NCBI GenBank assembly: GCA_039621445.1
Contig: CP154954.1
Coordinates: 12,332,716-12,396,715, forward strand
Reading direction: 5' to 3'
Length of the DNA: 64,000 bases
Origin: Euglena gracilis
Lineage: Eukaryota
A model generated the notes under the pieces. That model had not been told where the DNA came from. It worked only from the letters and a program-made list of their open reading frames with translations, and did not search any database. The position numbers and the translations under genes were made by a program. This document shows positions 33,924 through 45,408 of this stretch, piece by piece (within the stretch, counting starts at the first letter, position 1; each line of letters begins with the position of its first letter).

Positions 33924-36043
33924 ATGCCTCAAAGATGAAAAAAAAAGATGGCAGGGACCTGTCTTGGCAGACAGGTTAGCACCACGGAAGTGGGGCTGGA
34001 ACAGCCATGGGAACCTGAGTTCCTCAAGCCCGGGTGAGCGTCTTATGTTTGTCTGTAAATTTTTCATCTTACAAATTTGTTTGTGCTTCACAACTTTTAT
34101 TCTATGTTTCACCAAGGAAAATTTGTGTATCACATATGTATCACCAAATTTTTTTTAATGTTTCACATGTGTATCACCAAAATTTTTTTAATGTATCACA
34201 TTAATGTATCACAGGTACGTTGTGATACGCACCAAATGGCGGTCTGCTTCCAAGTTGTGATGGATCAGTGACATACTGCCAAATATTGCCACTTTTTTTT
34301 GTTACATTCAATGCCATCTTTCAAAAAAAGCACTACCGAAGAAATGTATATATTTGGTCTTGTCGAGGATCTCGCCCCCCCCCCCCGAGAAAAAATTACT
34401 TCTACACCCCTGACCCCTCCCATATAAGACCCCACCCTGGGATTTTGGCTCCCGAGCGAGGGGGGGTCTTATGCGGGGGGGCATGGTAGCCCCCAAGTAT
34501 GTTGCCAACATAGAAGGGAATTTGTTATTTTGGGGCCCTGGGGCAGCTGGGCAACAAAGGGGTTTGCCATCCAAAACGTTAGGGCAGCACGAGGGATTTT
34601 GTTATTTTGGGGCCCGGGGTTGGGTTACACAAGGGATTTGCCCCCCAAAACTGGTGGGTAACACAAGGGATTTTGTTATTTTAAGTCCGTGTACCCTCCC
34701 CTCCGACTCAGGACAAAGTCGGCGTACCCTACGACGGACTCAAGGGTGACAAAGTCCGGGGGGCGGGGGCGCGGACTTTGTCCTGAGTCCGGTGTACCCC
34801 CCCCCCATTTCCACCAATGGCCACCTTGATGTTTCCACCACTAGGACTAATGCAAATGGAGCCCCAGAACAATTACCAACCCCCCCCCTATTTGTCCCCC
34901 CCCCCCCTAATTGGCCAGAGCCCAGGTGGCCAATTAGGGGGGGGGTACTCATTTCAAGGGAAAATGTCTTTATTCGGGTTTTTTGGGGGGTTCGCGACTG
35001 TAAAGGACAGGGTCCAGGTGGCCAATTAGGGGGGGGGTTAGGGGTAACCCCCCCCTAATTGTCCCCCCCCCCTAATTAGCTAGAAGGGGGGTCCGGGCCG
35101 CCCGGAGGGCGGCCAAATAGAGGGGGGGGGGTTGGTATCCTCTTGCTGTTGTGACGCGCCAGGGAGGGAATAGGGAGCAGCTACCGTAAAAACCTGGTAG
35201 TGCCACTGAATGTCTCCAGGGGAAAAAACGGTAGCAGACAGTTGGTGTCCCCCTCATTGCTTTCGCTTCATGTTCTCGACACGAGCTGGCAAGGGAGGCA
35301 TCTCCTGGCCGTCGCAACGAGGACAACACCAACTGTTGCGGGGAGGGGGCATAGAACGGCCTGAATCGAAGTGCATAGAACGAACGGAATCGAACTCCAA
35401 AATTTTCAGCCGTGATGTTGTGTTCACAAATGTAACGAACTTTGGAAAATGGCATTTTGCTTTGGGGACGATGGGATTCTTGGTTTTTGTTGATTTGTAT
35501 AGCACAGCCAATGCGTTGACATACGATGTCAACGTTTGCGGAGCCCATTCGTGCATGGGCACCCCAGCCCGTTGACATGGAAGCTGCCTTTGTGCCTTTT
35601 CGCAATCCTCTCAGCTTCTGTGTCATGCAAAGCGTGTACCGAAAGCACCTACTTTGCAAACGCCACCATGTAGTCATCCAAATCAGTGGTGGCATAGCCT
35701 CGCATTTCGCAAACTTTTTGAAAATTGGCGAGGCGGTATATCCCCCCTTCTGATTTTTGACGTTGCCCTGGGCTGGGGCACCGTTTGGGTGAAAACATCC
35801 CCAAAAAGCTCTGTGTCCGTAGTTTCTGTGTTCTGGGGTTCAACTGCCACCTTCAACCCTGCCAACAACTTTGCGGGTGTTGGCAAAGGTCCCAAGACAA
35901 CCTAAGCGACGTTTACGACTTGTGCGGGCAACATGGAGCTGTGAAGACAAAGACAAGTGTACCCTGAGCGACACTAATGTTCCTCATTAGGATACACCGA
36001 CTTTGTCCTGAGACGGAGGTGGGGTAGTACACGGACTTAAAGC

Positions 36044-36164
36044 AAGACCCCCTACACGGACTTTGTCCTGAGTCCGGTGGGGGGGGCACGGACTTTGTCC
36101 TTCGGACAAAGTCCGTGCCCCCCCCCCCACCGGACTCAGGACAAAGTCCGTGTAGGGAGGTCTT
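36044..36164. repeat. Near-perfect ~120-bp palindrome (TTC loop)
   Basis: AAGAC..CCTACACGGACTTTGTCCTGAGTCCGGTGGG...GGACTTTGTCC-TTC-GGACAAAGTCC...GTGTAGG..GTCTT. Confidence 0.92.
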
Positions 36165-37322
36165 TCTTGATATAGGGGCCCTCGAACAGTTGGGCAACAA
36201 AAGGGATTTGCCCCCCCAAATCAGTTGGGTTACACAAGGGATTTTGTTATTTAGGGGCCCTCGAACAGTTGGGCAACAAAAGGGATTTGCCCCCCAAGTC
36301 AGTTGGGTTACTCAAGGGATTGCCCCCCAAAATGGGTGGGTAACACAAGGGATTTGTCCCCCAAAAATGGCCCGAAAATTTCCTTTTTTTCTTTTTGAAG
36401 GGGGGGGGAGGTCGTGGTGTGGGCCGACCCTAAGTCGACTCTAGGGTGGTGGGGGGGGGAGGTCGTGGAGTGGGCCGACCCTAAGTCGACCCTGGGTCGA
36501 CCCACTGGGGTTTCTGGGGTCGCCACCCACTCCACAGCCTGGGGGGGGTCGACCATAGCGACCTTTGGCGACCTTTGGCGACTGTGGGCCGATCCCAAGG
36601 TTGAGCGCTTGTTTTTTTTGAAACAAAAAAACATGTTTTTTTAAAAAAACTAAAAAACGTCATGGAGGGTTTGGGGGAAAATTTTTTGCAATGTTTTTTT
36701 TTAGAAAAAAGTTCATTTTTATCTCTGCAACATTCATTTTTTTTTTGGTTGAAAGCATGATTTTTTGCACCAGAAAACACAGATTTGGATACTTTCACAC
36801 ATAAAAAATTTTTAGAGGGCCTGTGATGCCTAATTTGACAAAATATTCAGGTGGATTCCTAATTTTGAGGCATAAATTTCGCAAAATTTGGAATGGTGAT
36901 GCCTAATTTGGTGTCAAAATGCTAATTTTAGGTTGGGGATTCCTAATTTGGAGCCTAAAAAGGATTTCCCCCCAAAAATTCGTTTTTGGTGATTCCTAAT
37001 TTGGCCACCGAAAATGTGATGTTCCCCCGTGACCCCCCCCCCCCCGTTACCCCCCTCGTGACCCGAACCACCCCCAAAAAATTTTCTTCAAAAAATGGCT
37101 ATTTCGCAAGGAAAAAGGTCAATTTTTGCTTTTTCAAAAAAACATGTTTTTTTGTGTTTTTTTTAAAAAAGCATGTTTTTTTTAAAAAACAAAAAAAAAA
37201 CGTCAACCCTGGCCGATCCTAGGGTCGGTCCACTACCCCCCCCCCAGGCCAGATCCGGGAGCTGTCCAGAGCCACGTTTCAGCTACAGGAAGCAATCCAA
37301 TCCCCTCGCCCCGTGCAGTTCA

Positions 37323-37373
37323 TGGTTGCGTGATCTTTGTGCAGATGGTGACATTGAACCAAACCCAGGTCCA
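37323..37373 (+). other. Second, orphan 2A-like peptide WLRDLCADGDIEPNPG/P
   Basis: Exact DIExNPGP motif in ORF 37173..37595. Confidence 0.7.
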
Positions 37374-37559
37374 GCCAAACGTTCCCCAGGATGCCGGAGC
37401 AATGTTCCTGATAGCACATCAGAACGGGCACATGTTGATGGGTCCCACACGCACATCCCCCCCTGGCTGAAAACGCACATCCACTGGACGGAAATGGGGG
37501 GACATGGGGGAGATGCCACCATAGATTCATTTAAGATTGTGTTACCCCCCCCCCCCCCC

Positions 37560-39058
37560 GGGGAGTGGGTGTTTAAAAAAAAGTCAAAAAATTGAAAATA
37601 GTTTTGTTTCACGACGATGTTTTTTAGGCCTCCCGGACCCAGAAAACCTGTTTCTGAGCCCAAAATGAGCATTTTTCGACTCCCCGGCACCCCGTTTTGG
37701 GCCCGAAACCCATGGAGGGGTCGAACCCCCCCCCCCCCCCCCGGGGTTCGAACCACCTTGGAAACCGGCAGATTATCATGGCTCCGTTCCCGGAATTTTT
37801 TTTTATCAGTGTCGAGCGAATGGATTTCTAGTTGCCGAATCACGTCCGTTTGACCCAACTCCCTGCTAGGACCGAGTTATTCAGATGTGAAGGGGTCCAA
37901 ACTGGGTAGGATTTGGCCCCTCTTCCAACTCTGCCATTTCGCCAGGGACCAAATAACGAAAATATCTTGAGAAAACAGACATTATTTTCTGACGAAATGC
38001 ACCCCCGGAGGCCCTTTATCACCCTCCTGTTTGCCATTTTGGCCACTGACACGCCTGGCCCGTTCCGGCGCGCTTTTGCGGCCCAAACGGCCATTTTGGG
38101 GTGTTTTTTTGGGCCGTTTTTTTGCTCAAAATATCTCGACAATGAAGCAAAATCAAAGAAAATGTCCAGACAGCAAAAATGAAGCCCTTGGAACACTCTA
38201 TCCAACCATGGTTTACTTTCCCCCCAAACTCTTCGTGTAGCCCGGGTTACGGCCATTTTTCGGCCAATTTTGGCCCATTTCAGGGCCATTTTGGGTTGTT
38301 TTCAAAGTATGTTTGAAATGAAGTAAAATTAAAGGAAATGTCCGGAGACATAAATTGAAGCCCTTACAATGCCTATCTAATGGTATTTTGATTTCCCCGC
38401 AACTCCCTGCATGGCCTGAAATGTGGCCCAAAACAGCGCGGCAGGCATCCGACTTGGCCGTTTTTGGCTGTTTTTTTGGGGCCAAAAAATCAATTTTTCT
38501 AAATTTTCTCAAAAATGGTCGGAATCAAAGGAGATGTCCAGAGATCTGAGTTGCAGCCCTTTAAATGCCCTATCTAACAGTATTTTGATTTCCCCACAGT
38601 GCCCAAGTTATGGCCATTTTTCGGCCAAATTTGGCCATTATGTACAGTTTTGGCCTGTTTTGACTTTTTTTGGCCGTTTTTGATTTTTTTGTGTCGAAAA
38701 ATATTGAATTTTTTTGCCCAAAACGATGTTTTTTGGCCTCCCGGACCCGGAAAACCTGCTTTTTTGAGCCGAAAATGAGCCTTTTTCGACCCCACAGTGC
38801 CCTGTTTTTTTGGGCTGAAAACTGTGGATTTTGGGTCAAAAACGGGTCAAAAAAGTCGAAAAAATCGAAAAAAATTTGTTGCCTGAAACAATGCTTTTTT
38901 TGGCCTCCCGGACCCAGAAAAGCTGTTTTTTTCAGCCGAAAATGAGACCCCCCGGGGCTTTGTAAATCTTAAATTACACGAAGTTTGCAGTGCCAGTCTT
39001 TTCGTCCTTCCATTACGTGCAAGTCCTATTAAGGACTCAGCACTATTCAAAACCTGGT
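37560..39058 (-). repeat. Inverted copy of the repeat family at 51550-54480
   Basis: Reverse-complement matches such as GGCCTCCCGGACCCAGAAAA, CAGCACTATTCAAAACCTGGT and GGGTCCAAACTGGGTAGGAT. Confidence 0.8.
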
Positions 39059-40023
39059 GAGGGTAATTTGTGGGTGGTTTCAGAAAGCGGGGGGGGGGGC
39101 ATAGTGGGCCAGCCTGTTTTTTTTGACGTTGTTTTTTTGTTTTTGTTTTAAATTCTAACAATGTTTTTTTTAAAAAAACAAAAAAAACACCCAGTGGGTT
39201 TTGCATGGAAAATTTTTTGAATGCACATTTTCAATGATTTTTGGCAGCTTTTGGGTAATTTCTGCCAAAAATTTCCTTGCACAAAAAAATGAAAAAAAGT
39301 TATAAAATTCCATTTTGTTGCATTTTTGGATGTTTTTGACCATTTTTGGCAGTTTTTGAACTTAGTAGGATTCAAAGTATGGTTTGGGAGTTTCATAACG
39401 AGTTTTTTCAATGAAATTTTCCTTTTGTTTTTTTTGATGTTTTTTTAACTGTTTTTTTTTAAAAAAACACATTGTTTTTTTTAAAAAAAAGAACAAAAAA
39501 ATGCCCACTATGGGGGGGGCTCAAGCCCACCCACCCACTTTTTCCAAAAACCCACCCTCTCACAACCCCCCCCCCCCCACCCACCCACCACCCAAAACCC
39601 AGCCAGAATCGGCCGAAAAGGCTTAAAAAAATTCTGCTCAGCCTTTGGCCGGGCCAAAATCTGACCCATGGCGCAACCCACCCCCCAAGGAGACCAGAGC
39701 TAAGGGCAGGTTTGGGGGGACCGTCACCCTCTGGTCCAGGAGGGTGAGGGACACCCAACACCGAAACAGTGGTGCGGTCCAGGTGACCATTTTTGGCCGA
39801 GCAGCTGGGTGCCTTTCCGACAATCCTTGATTGCGGCAATGCAACACCAATGCTTCTTCCCCCCCACACCCTCGCGCACGGCGCAGTTGGCGAGCTGGAC
39901 GCAGAAGGCGGCGTCGTTGGAGGACGCGGGGCAGGAGCGGATGGTCCAGTGCTTTGTGCCGGGGCCGGGGGGCCGGGGGGGGGGGGGCATGGTAATTGGC
40001 TAATTTGGGGTCTGAAGGGGCCC

Positions 40024-40890
40024 CAGACGGTAGACTGGGGGGGGGGGTCGGCCGACGTGTTGGCCGACTACCCACTCTAATGTACTAACGGGCCAAGGTC
40101 GCCGACTTAAAAGCCCACCCCCCCAAATGTTTGGCCAAATCATCCCAAAACCAGCCAAAACCCACCCGAATGGCTCTAGAACCCCCCAACCGGGGGTGAA
40201 TATGCAAGGATTTGCGATAAAAATCTCCGGTTTTGACCGCTTTTTAGCAGAATCATACGCTTGCCCATGAGATTTTCCATACGGTGGCAAGGAAAACCCA
40301 ATCAAAATGGCTTAATGACCCAGTCAAAATAGCCGCGATTTCGTTATTTGAGGGGGGGGGGGTGCGGGGGGCCTAGTATTTTGCCCACATTAAGGGATTT
40401 TGCCTGCACAAAGGGATTTCGCTTTTTGAGGGGGGGGGCAGCAGATGGGGGGGGGGGCGGTTGGGGGGATGTGGTGGTGAGGGTGGTGGAGGAATTTTCT
40501 GCCCTCAAGGTACAGAACACTGTCAGTTGCAAAGGATTTTCATGCAATCTTTGTCTATCAATCTGTTTTACCCCTTTGGAGTCCCACAAACCCAAACCAC
40601 CCTCCCCACGGACCTTACATTTTCAGCTGTCGTTGATTGTATTGGTGCAGGATGCTCATTTGACCCCATCTGGACCATTTCAGTGTGAGGAATTTGTTCA
40701 CAGTGGGGAGGCTTAAAAGTCGGCGAACTTGGCCCGTTAGTACATCAGAGTGGGTAGTCGGCCGACTACCCACACCCCCCCCCCCTGTCTCGCCGACTAG
40801 CTACCGACAGGTCCAATCGGCCGACCAATTGGGTAGTCGGCTGACTAGTCGGCCGACTACCCACTGCCCCCCCCCCGTCTACGTCATCTG
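40024..40890. mobile_element. Foldback MITE with long TIRs containing GTCGGCCGAC palindromes
   Basis: CTACCCACTCT.ATGTACTAACGGGCCAAG on the left is inverted as CTTGGCCCGTTAGTACAT.AGAGTGGGTAG on the right. Confidence 0.7.
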
Positions 40891-43800
40891 AAGGAGCCTG
40901 GCCATAAGCCAAATGGGGGGGGGGGTGAGGGTCGGAACGTGCTAAGCCAAATTAGGATTTCCTTAACCCAAACACCCCAAAAACAGGCTAACACCCAAAA
41001 AAAACAGGCACAAAAAGCATCATTTGTTTTTAATTGCACCAACAACTGGGCAAACAAATTTCTTTTTATCAACGTAGCGCCTGATTTTTGAAGCATAGAA
41101 AGACTCTTTGTGACCTTTCCAGAACATGGCAAACATGCAGAATGTAGTTGTTCCTTTGTCTTGCATCGGCTCATTATTAATGCTTACAATTGCTGCTACC
41201 TTCCCTGCCTTGCCAACTTTGGCAAAGGGGTTAAAGTCAAATGATGCTGTTCTTTGTTTTCAGGTGTGCTGTGAAACTCTTTTGTGTCCGACAATCAGAG
41301 GTTTTCTCTGGCCAAAGGGTGGCCTACCAGGATTTTTTTTTAAAAGTTTGGAGGGGGAGGGGGGAGGTGTTGGGGGGGAGCTCCGCTGGACCCCCAAGGC
41401 CAAGGGTTGGAGGGTGGGTTTTGGCCATTTTTTGGTCCTTTTTTTTGGGCTCGAAGAGCCGAAATTTTTTGACCTCAAAATTGACCCCCCAAAGTGGGTC
41501 CTCTGACCCCCCCCCAAGGCGTGGCTGGGCGGTAACATTTTTTTGCGCCTTCCAAGGCGAGAAAATGGGGGGAAAATTGGGCAAATATGATTCATGGGCT
41601 GCCTAGTTTTAATTATTGGCTTATGTATTTTTTTTGTATAAATTGCCGAATTTCGGGCTTTTGATAGTTTCAATTTTTGGAGGTTTGGCACCCCTCCCCG
41701 GGGTCAGACCCCTCGGCACGGCAAAATGATCACCCCCCCCCCCCTGTCGACCGACCCCTCTCGGCACGGCCGCACCACACCAATTTCCTTTCCATTGGGA
41801 AATTCTGGCACTCCGCCGAGGTGGATCCCCCCCTTGGGGGTTTGACCCCTCGGCGCGAATTATCACTGATTTTTTGTGAACTCATATTTGTTTTGGGAGT
41901 TAGGAGACAGAACGGGGTTTTGTTTGTTTTGCTTTAAATTCCCATAAAGGGGTCAACCTTCGGTCGCTTGGTACCTCACAAGTACACTGCCAGAACAGAA
42001 TGGAACATGTCTGTTGAATGGGAAGGTGGAAACAAACCATTCCCTGCTGAACCTGGTTTCAGGCTGAAATTTGGGTCAGCCATGGTTTGTTTGTTGTTGT
42101 TGTTATGTTTCATGAGAAATATCGGGGTTCACTCACAATTCCCGGTGTGGAAACGGGGGGCCGAAGGCGCCCCCTGTTTCTACGCTTGGGTAAACCCTGA
42201 TTTCGGCTTTTAACCGTTCCCCAAACTCACAGGCCAGGTTTAACGGGACCTGCATCCTACCGAATTTCGTTTTTTCAGTGTTCACAGGTGAATTTTGGGT
42301 GTTCATGGGTGTGCTGTGGCGCTCCCGTAAACGCCCAAATCCGGTCACCAGGCACTTCTGTGCACCCTGCGAACAGATTACGGGTGCACAGGGTGTCACC
42401 AGTGAGCAGAATCACATCTTTTGTTGCCTTTTTTCCCATGCAATCGGTTTTCTCCACAGTCCAATAAAGCGTTTTGCCAATGTGACGGAAGCTCAGATGC
42501 CCCATCCCCCCCAATGTAGATGATTTTGGCAATTTTACGTGGTGCTGGGTCCTTAGGAGCCAGCAGTAAACCTCCCAAATAGCCTGCGGGGCCCTTGCTC
42601 CTGGTAGTGGCTGAATAACTTGGTGGGGGGAGGAGCAAAAAAGATGGTTCCAATAACTTGGCACCCCCCATTTGAGGCAAAATTTTTTACGGCACTGAAA
42701 ACAAGGGCCCAAATAACCTGGCAGGGGGGAAGGGCCATAAATTGGTTCCAATAACCTGGCACCCGCCAGGTAATTTGGGGGGGGTTAGATGCCGTTTTGG
42801 GCTCCCTCCCCACCGGTGGTGAAAATGACCACCTAGGCCCCAAGAACAAGTAAACTGTTTTTTTTGAGTACATTGATGTTTGCAACCGGTATGGCATTGT
42901 TTGGACGATGTTTTGGTGGGGTGGGGCAGATGTTGCATTGGTGCATTTTTTTAAAAAAAGAAAGGCATATTTTGGGGTCAAAATTTTTTTTGAACCTGGA
43001 CAGAGTGGGGGAGATGGGAGTTGGTGGGGGGTGCACCACGGCTTGCGCCGCAGCACGGGGGGGGGAGGGCAGGCTCGGGCCTTCGACAAACAGCTGACCT
43101 CGTCTCTATTGGTGCACCACATTTAGAGGCGCAAGCCAATAATTCCCAATGCACTGGTTTAGTATGCAGACTTGCCTTTTTCGCCTCGTTTGTTGCTTTG
43201 GAGCCCCCAGGCACATCTTCAAGGATTTTGAGACTGTCTGTCTGCCCAAGGACTAAACACCCAAACACTACATACCGATAGGCCGAGGTAATGGCCGTGT
43301 TTACCACAATCGCCGCCTTTAGCCGGCTGGGGAGGCCAGTAGTTAACTAACACTCACAGTTTCCAGGATTTTTGGCATAATTTTTTGGCACTTTTGCAAA
43401 ATATTTTAGATTAATATTTGGAAGCTTGTTGAAAATAAAAAAGGTGTTTGTCAGAGATTTGGGCCTTCGCGGTCTGGCAGTTTTAGAACTTTTTTGCAAG
43501 TTTTTGGGACTTCCCAATTTTTTTTGTTCCCCTTTGGCAGTCTTTTTTTGGAATGCTTGTCCATCCAAACCGTGGCAGCTCGTTCAAAACGAAGCCAAAA
43601 AAGTTGCCTTTTAATTTTTTTTCACAAAAACTTTTTTCTCAAAACAAGAAAACTCAAGCTGTGCCGGGTTGAATGCCGCACATGCACCCAAATATTTTGG
43701 GTTCAAGGGGTGCGGAAAAACAGACAGATGTGGCGAAAAAACCGAGGGGCAAAGTGAACCAGGTCAAGGTATGAAAATGTACGGAAGTGGGGCAAATCTT

Positions 43801-45079
43801 TTTTGGAAGGCTGGCAAAAGTAGTGGGACCGGGGGACAAGACGTTCCTGGCCTGGGGGGCAGAAATTAGAAAGGTTAGCCACACCTTTTTTGCTGACCCA
43901 GTGCCTTTTGTTTATCCATTTTCAGCCCCTTCCTGGGAAGCTGTGGAAACTGTCCTCGAACCTCCGTTGTTGTCCTCGGCAAATATCACAGACATTGTTT
44001 CCCAATACGTTCAATTAAGTTTTCTCATTCATTGTTGGGGTGAAAGGCTTGGGGCCTCTCCGACCTCCCAACCCTACTTTGTCCCGTACCCAGGTTGTAG
44101 TGGGCCAAATGATTTGTGATGGTTTGGAAAGTGATAAATGTCAGGAAATCGCACTGATAGATTCCGGATCAATTTGAAGAGGTTTTGAAAATCTTTTTTT
44201 TTTTTAACCCTCGGCAGGGGGAGGCTGCACCATGGCGCGCGCCGCGGCGCGTGGGGCGGGGGGTGGGGGCCCTTCGTCAAGGTTCCCATGGTCTCCATTC
44301 ACTTGCTTGCTGCTTTGGATCTCCCAGGCACGTCTGCTCAGGGAATTCAAAAATGTTTACTTCCGCAATTTCTGCAACAATATTTAACATCTCTTCTGGT
44401 TTCCTATCAGTCACCGTACACAGGTTTTGCCCCAGCGTTGCTTTTGAATCAGTTAAAAGTCATAAGCTAATTTATTTGACCAATGACTGGAGGGCTTTCA
44501 CCCCCCATTTTGTCATCAATTTTTTTCCTTTCAAGTTAATGAAAACTGCAACCATGAATCCATGATGCTGTCAAAACACATCCCTGTTTGGAGAGAATAT
44601 GGCTTTTAACTCATAAAACAGCACTTCCATTTCCTTTTTAGCAAACCCATTTCCCGACATTTTGGAGGATTGACAGATCCCCCAAAATGTCCCCTTCAGA
44701 CCCCACCTTTGGCACAACAGGCCGTATTTTAGTCGGGTGCCGACCCCACCCCGGGGGGGGGGTGCCTGCCTGGGCAGGTACTCCAAGGCACTCCCGATCT
44801 GACCCCCCCCCTGGGGGGGGGTAGGGCACACGGGCAAAAGTGCCCTAGCACAGACCCGGCGCCGAAGGCACCGGGGAGCCAAAAATGGCCTATTTTCAAA
44901 GGAATTGGGCACAGGCCGAAATCCGACCCCCCGGGGGGGGGAGGTAGTGCCTGCCTGGGCAGGCACTCACAGGCACTCCGGGCCCCCCCCCCCCCCCCCG
45001 GGGTTGCCTCGGCGCAACATGCTGAACCAAGCCAATCTGATTTTCAATTGTATTTTTTCTCTCCATCATGGGACCCTAC

Positions 45080-45408
45080 CCAGGTTTGATATAAGGAGGG
45101 TTTCATGGGGTGGGAGGACCACCCACGGCTTCCATGGGGCTCTGGACCTCATCATGGGGGGCACATAGGACCCCCCCAAAAGGCTAAATATTTCCCTCTG
45201 GCATTCCACGCCTGAATTTTTCGGTGATTTTGACATTTTTTTTGCCCAAAAGTGTCGGAAAGGTCAATTTTTGGAATAAATTTTTTCTTCCTGGTCCGAA
45301 GTGAAGCGCTGGCCCGAAAATGGTTCACTTTGGCCACGCCACTGTTTAGGCATCCCCACTTGGCCAGAGGGGATCCTGACCCCGACACCTGCCCTTGTAT
45401 CAACTCAT
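45080..45408 (-). mobile_element. Degenerate reverse-oriented copy of the CAGGGTTTGATATAAG hAT MITE
   Basis: CAGGTTTGATATAAGGAGGG ... CACCTGCCCTTGTATCAA. Confidence 0.55.

Larger units (their letters stand above)
30335..34412. mobile_element. hAT-like element related to 16110-16972, itself interrupted
   Basis: TIR CAAAGGTGTAGAAGT / ACTTCTACACCCCTG; shares subterminal CGGCCGCCCC..GATTTTGG with 16110-16972; TSD falls in a C-run and is only approximate. Confidence 0.55.
29893..34486. mobile_element. TA-flanked (Tc1/mariner-type) element hosting nested insertions
   Basis: TA|CCATGCCCCCCCATGTAAGACC ... GGTCTTATGCGGGGGGGCATGG|TA. Confidence 0.65.

Noticed and set aside
35400-35720. Tyrosine-recombinase N-terminal fragment (APQTLTSYVNAL)
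   Set aside because: A single weak motif with no catalytic domain visible.
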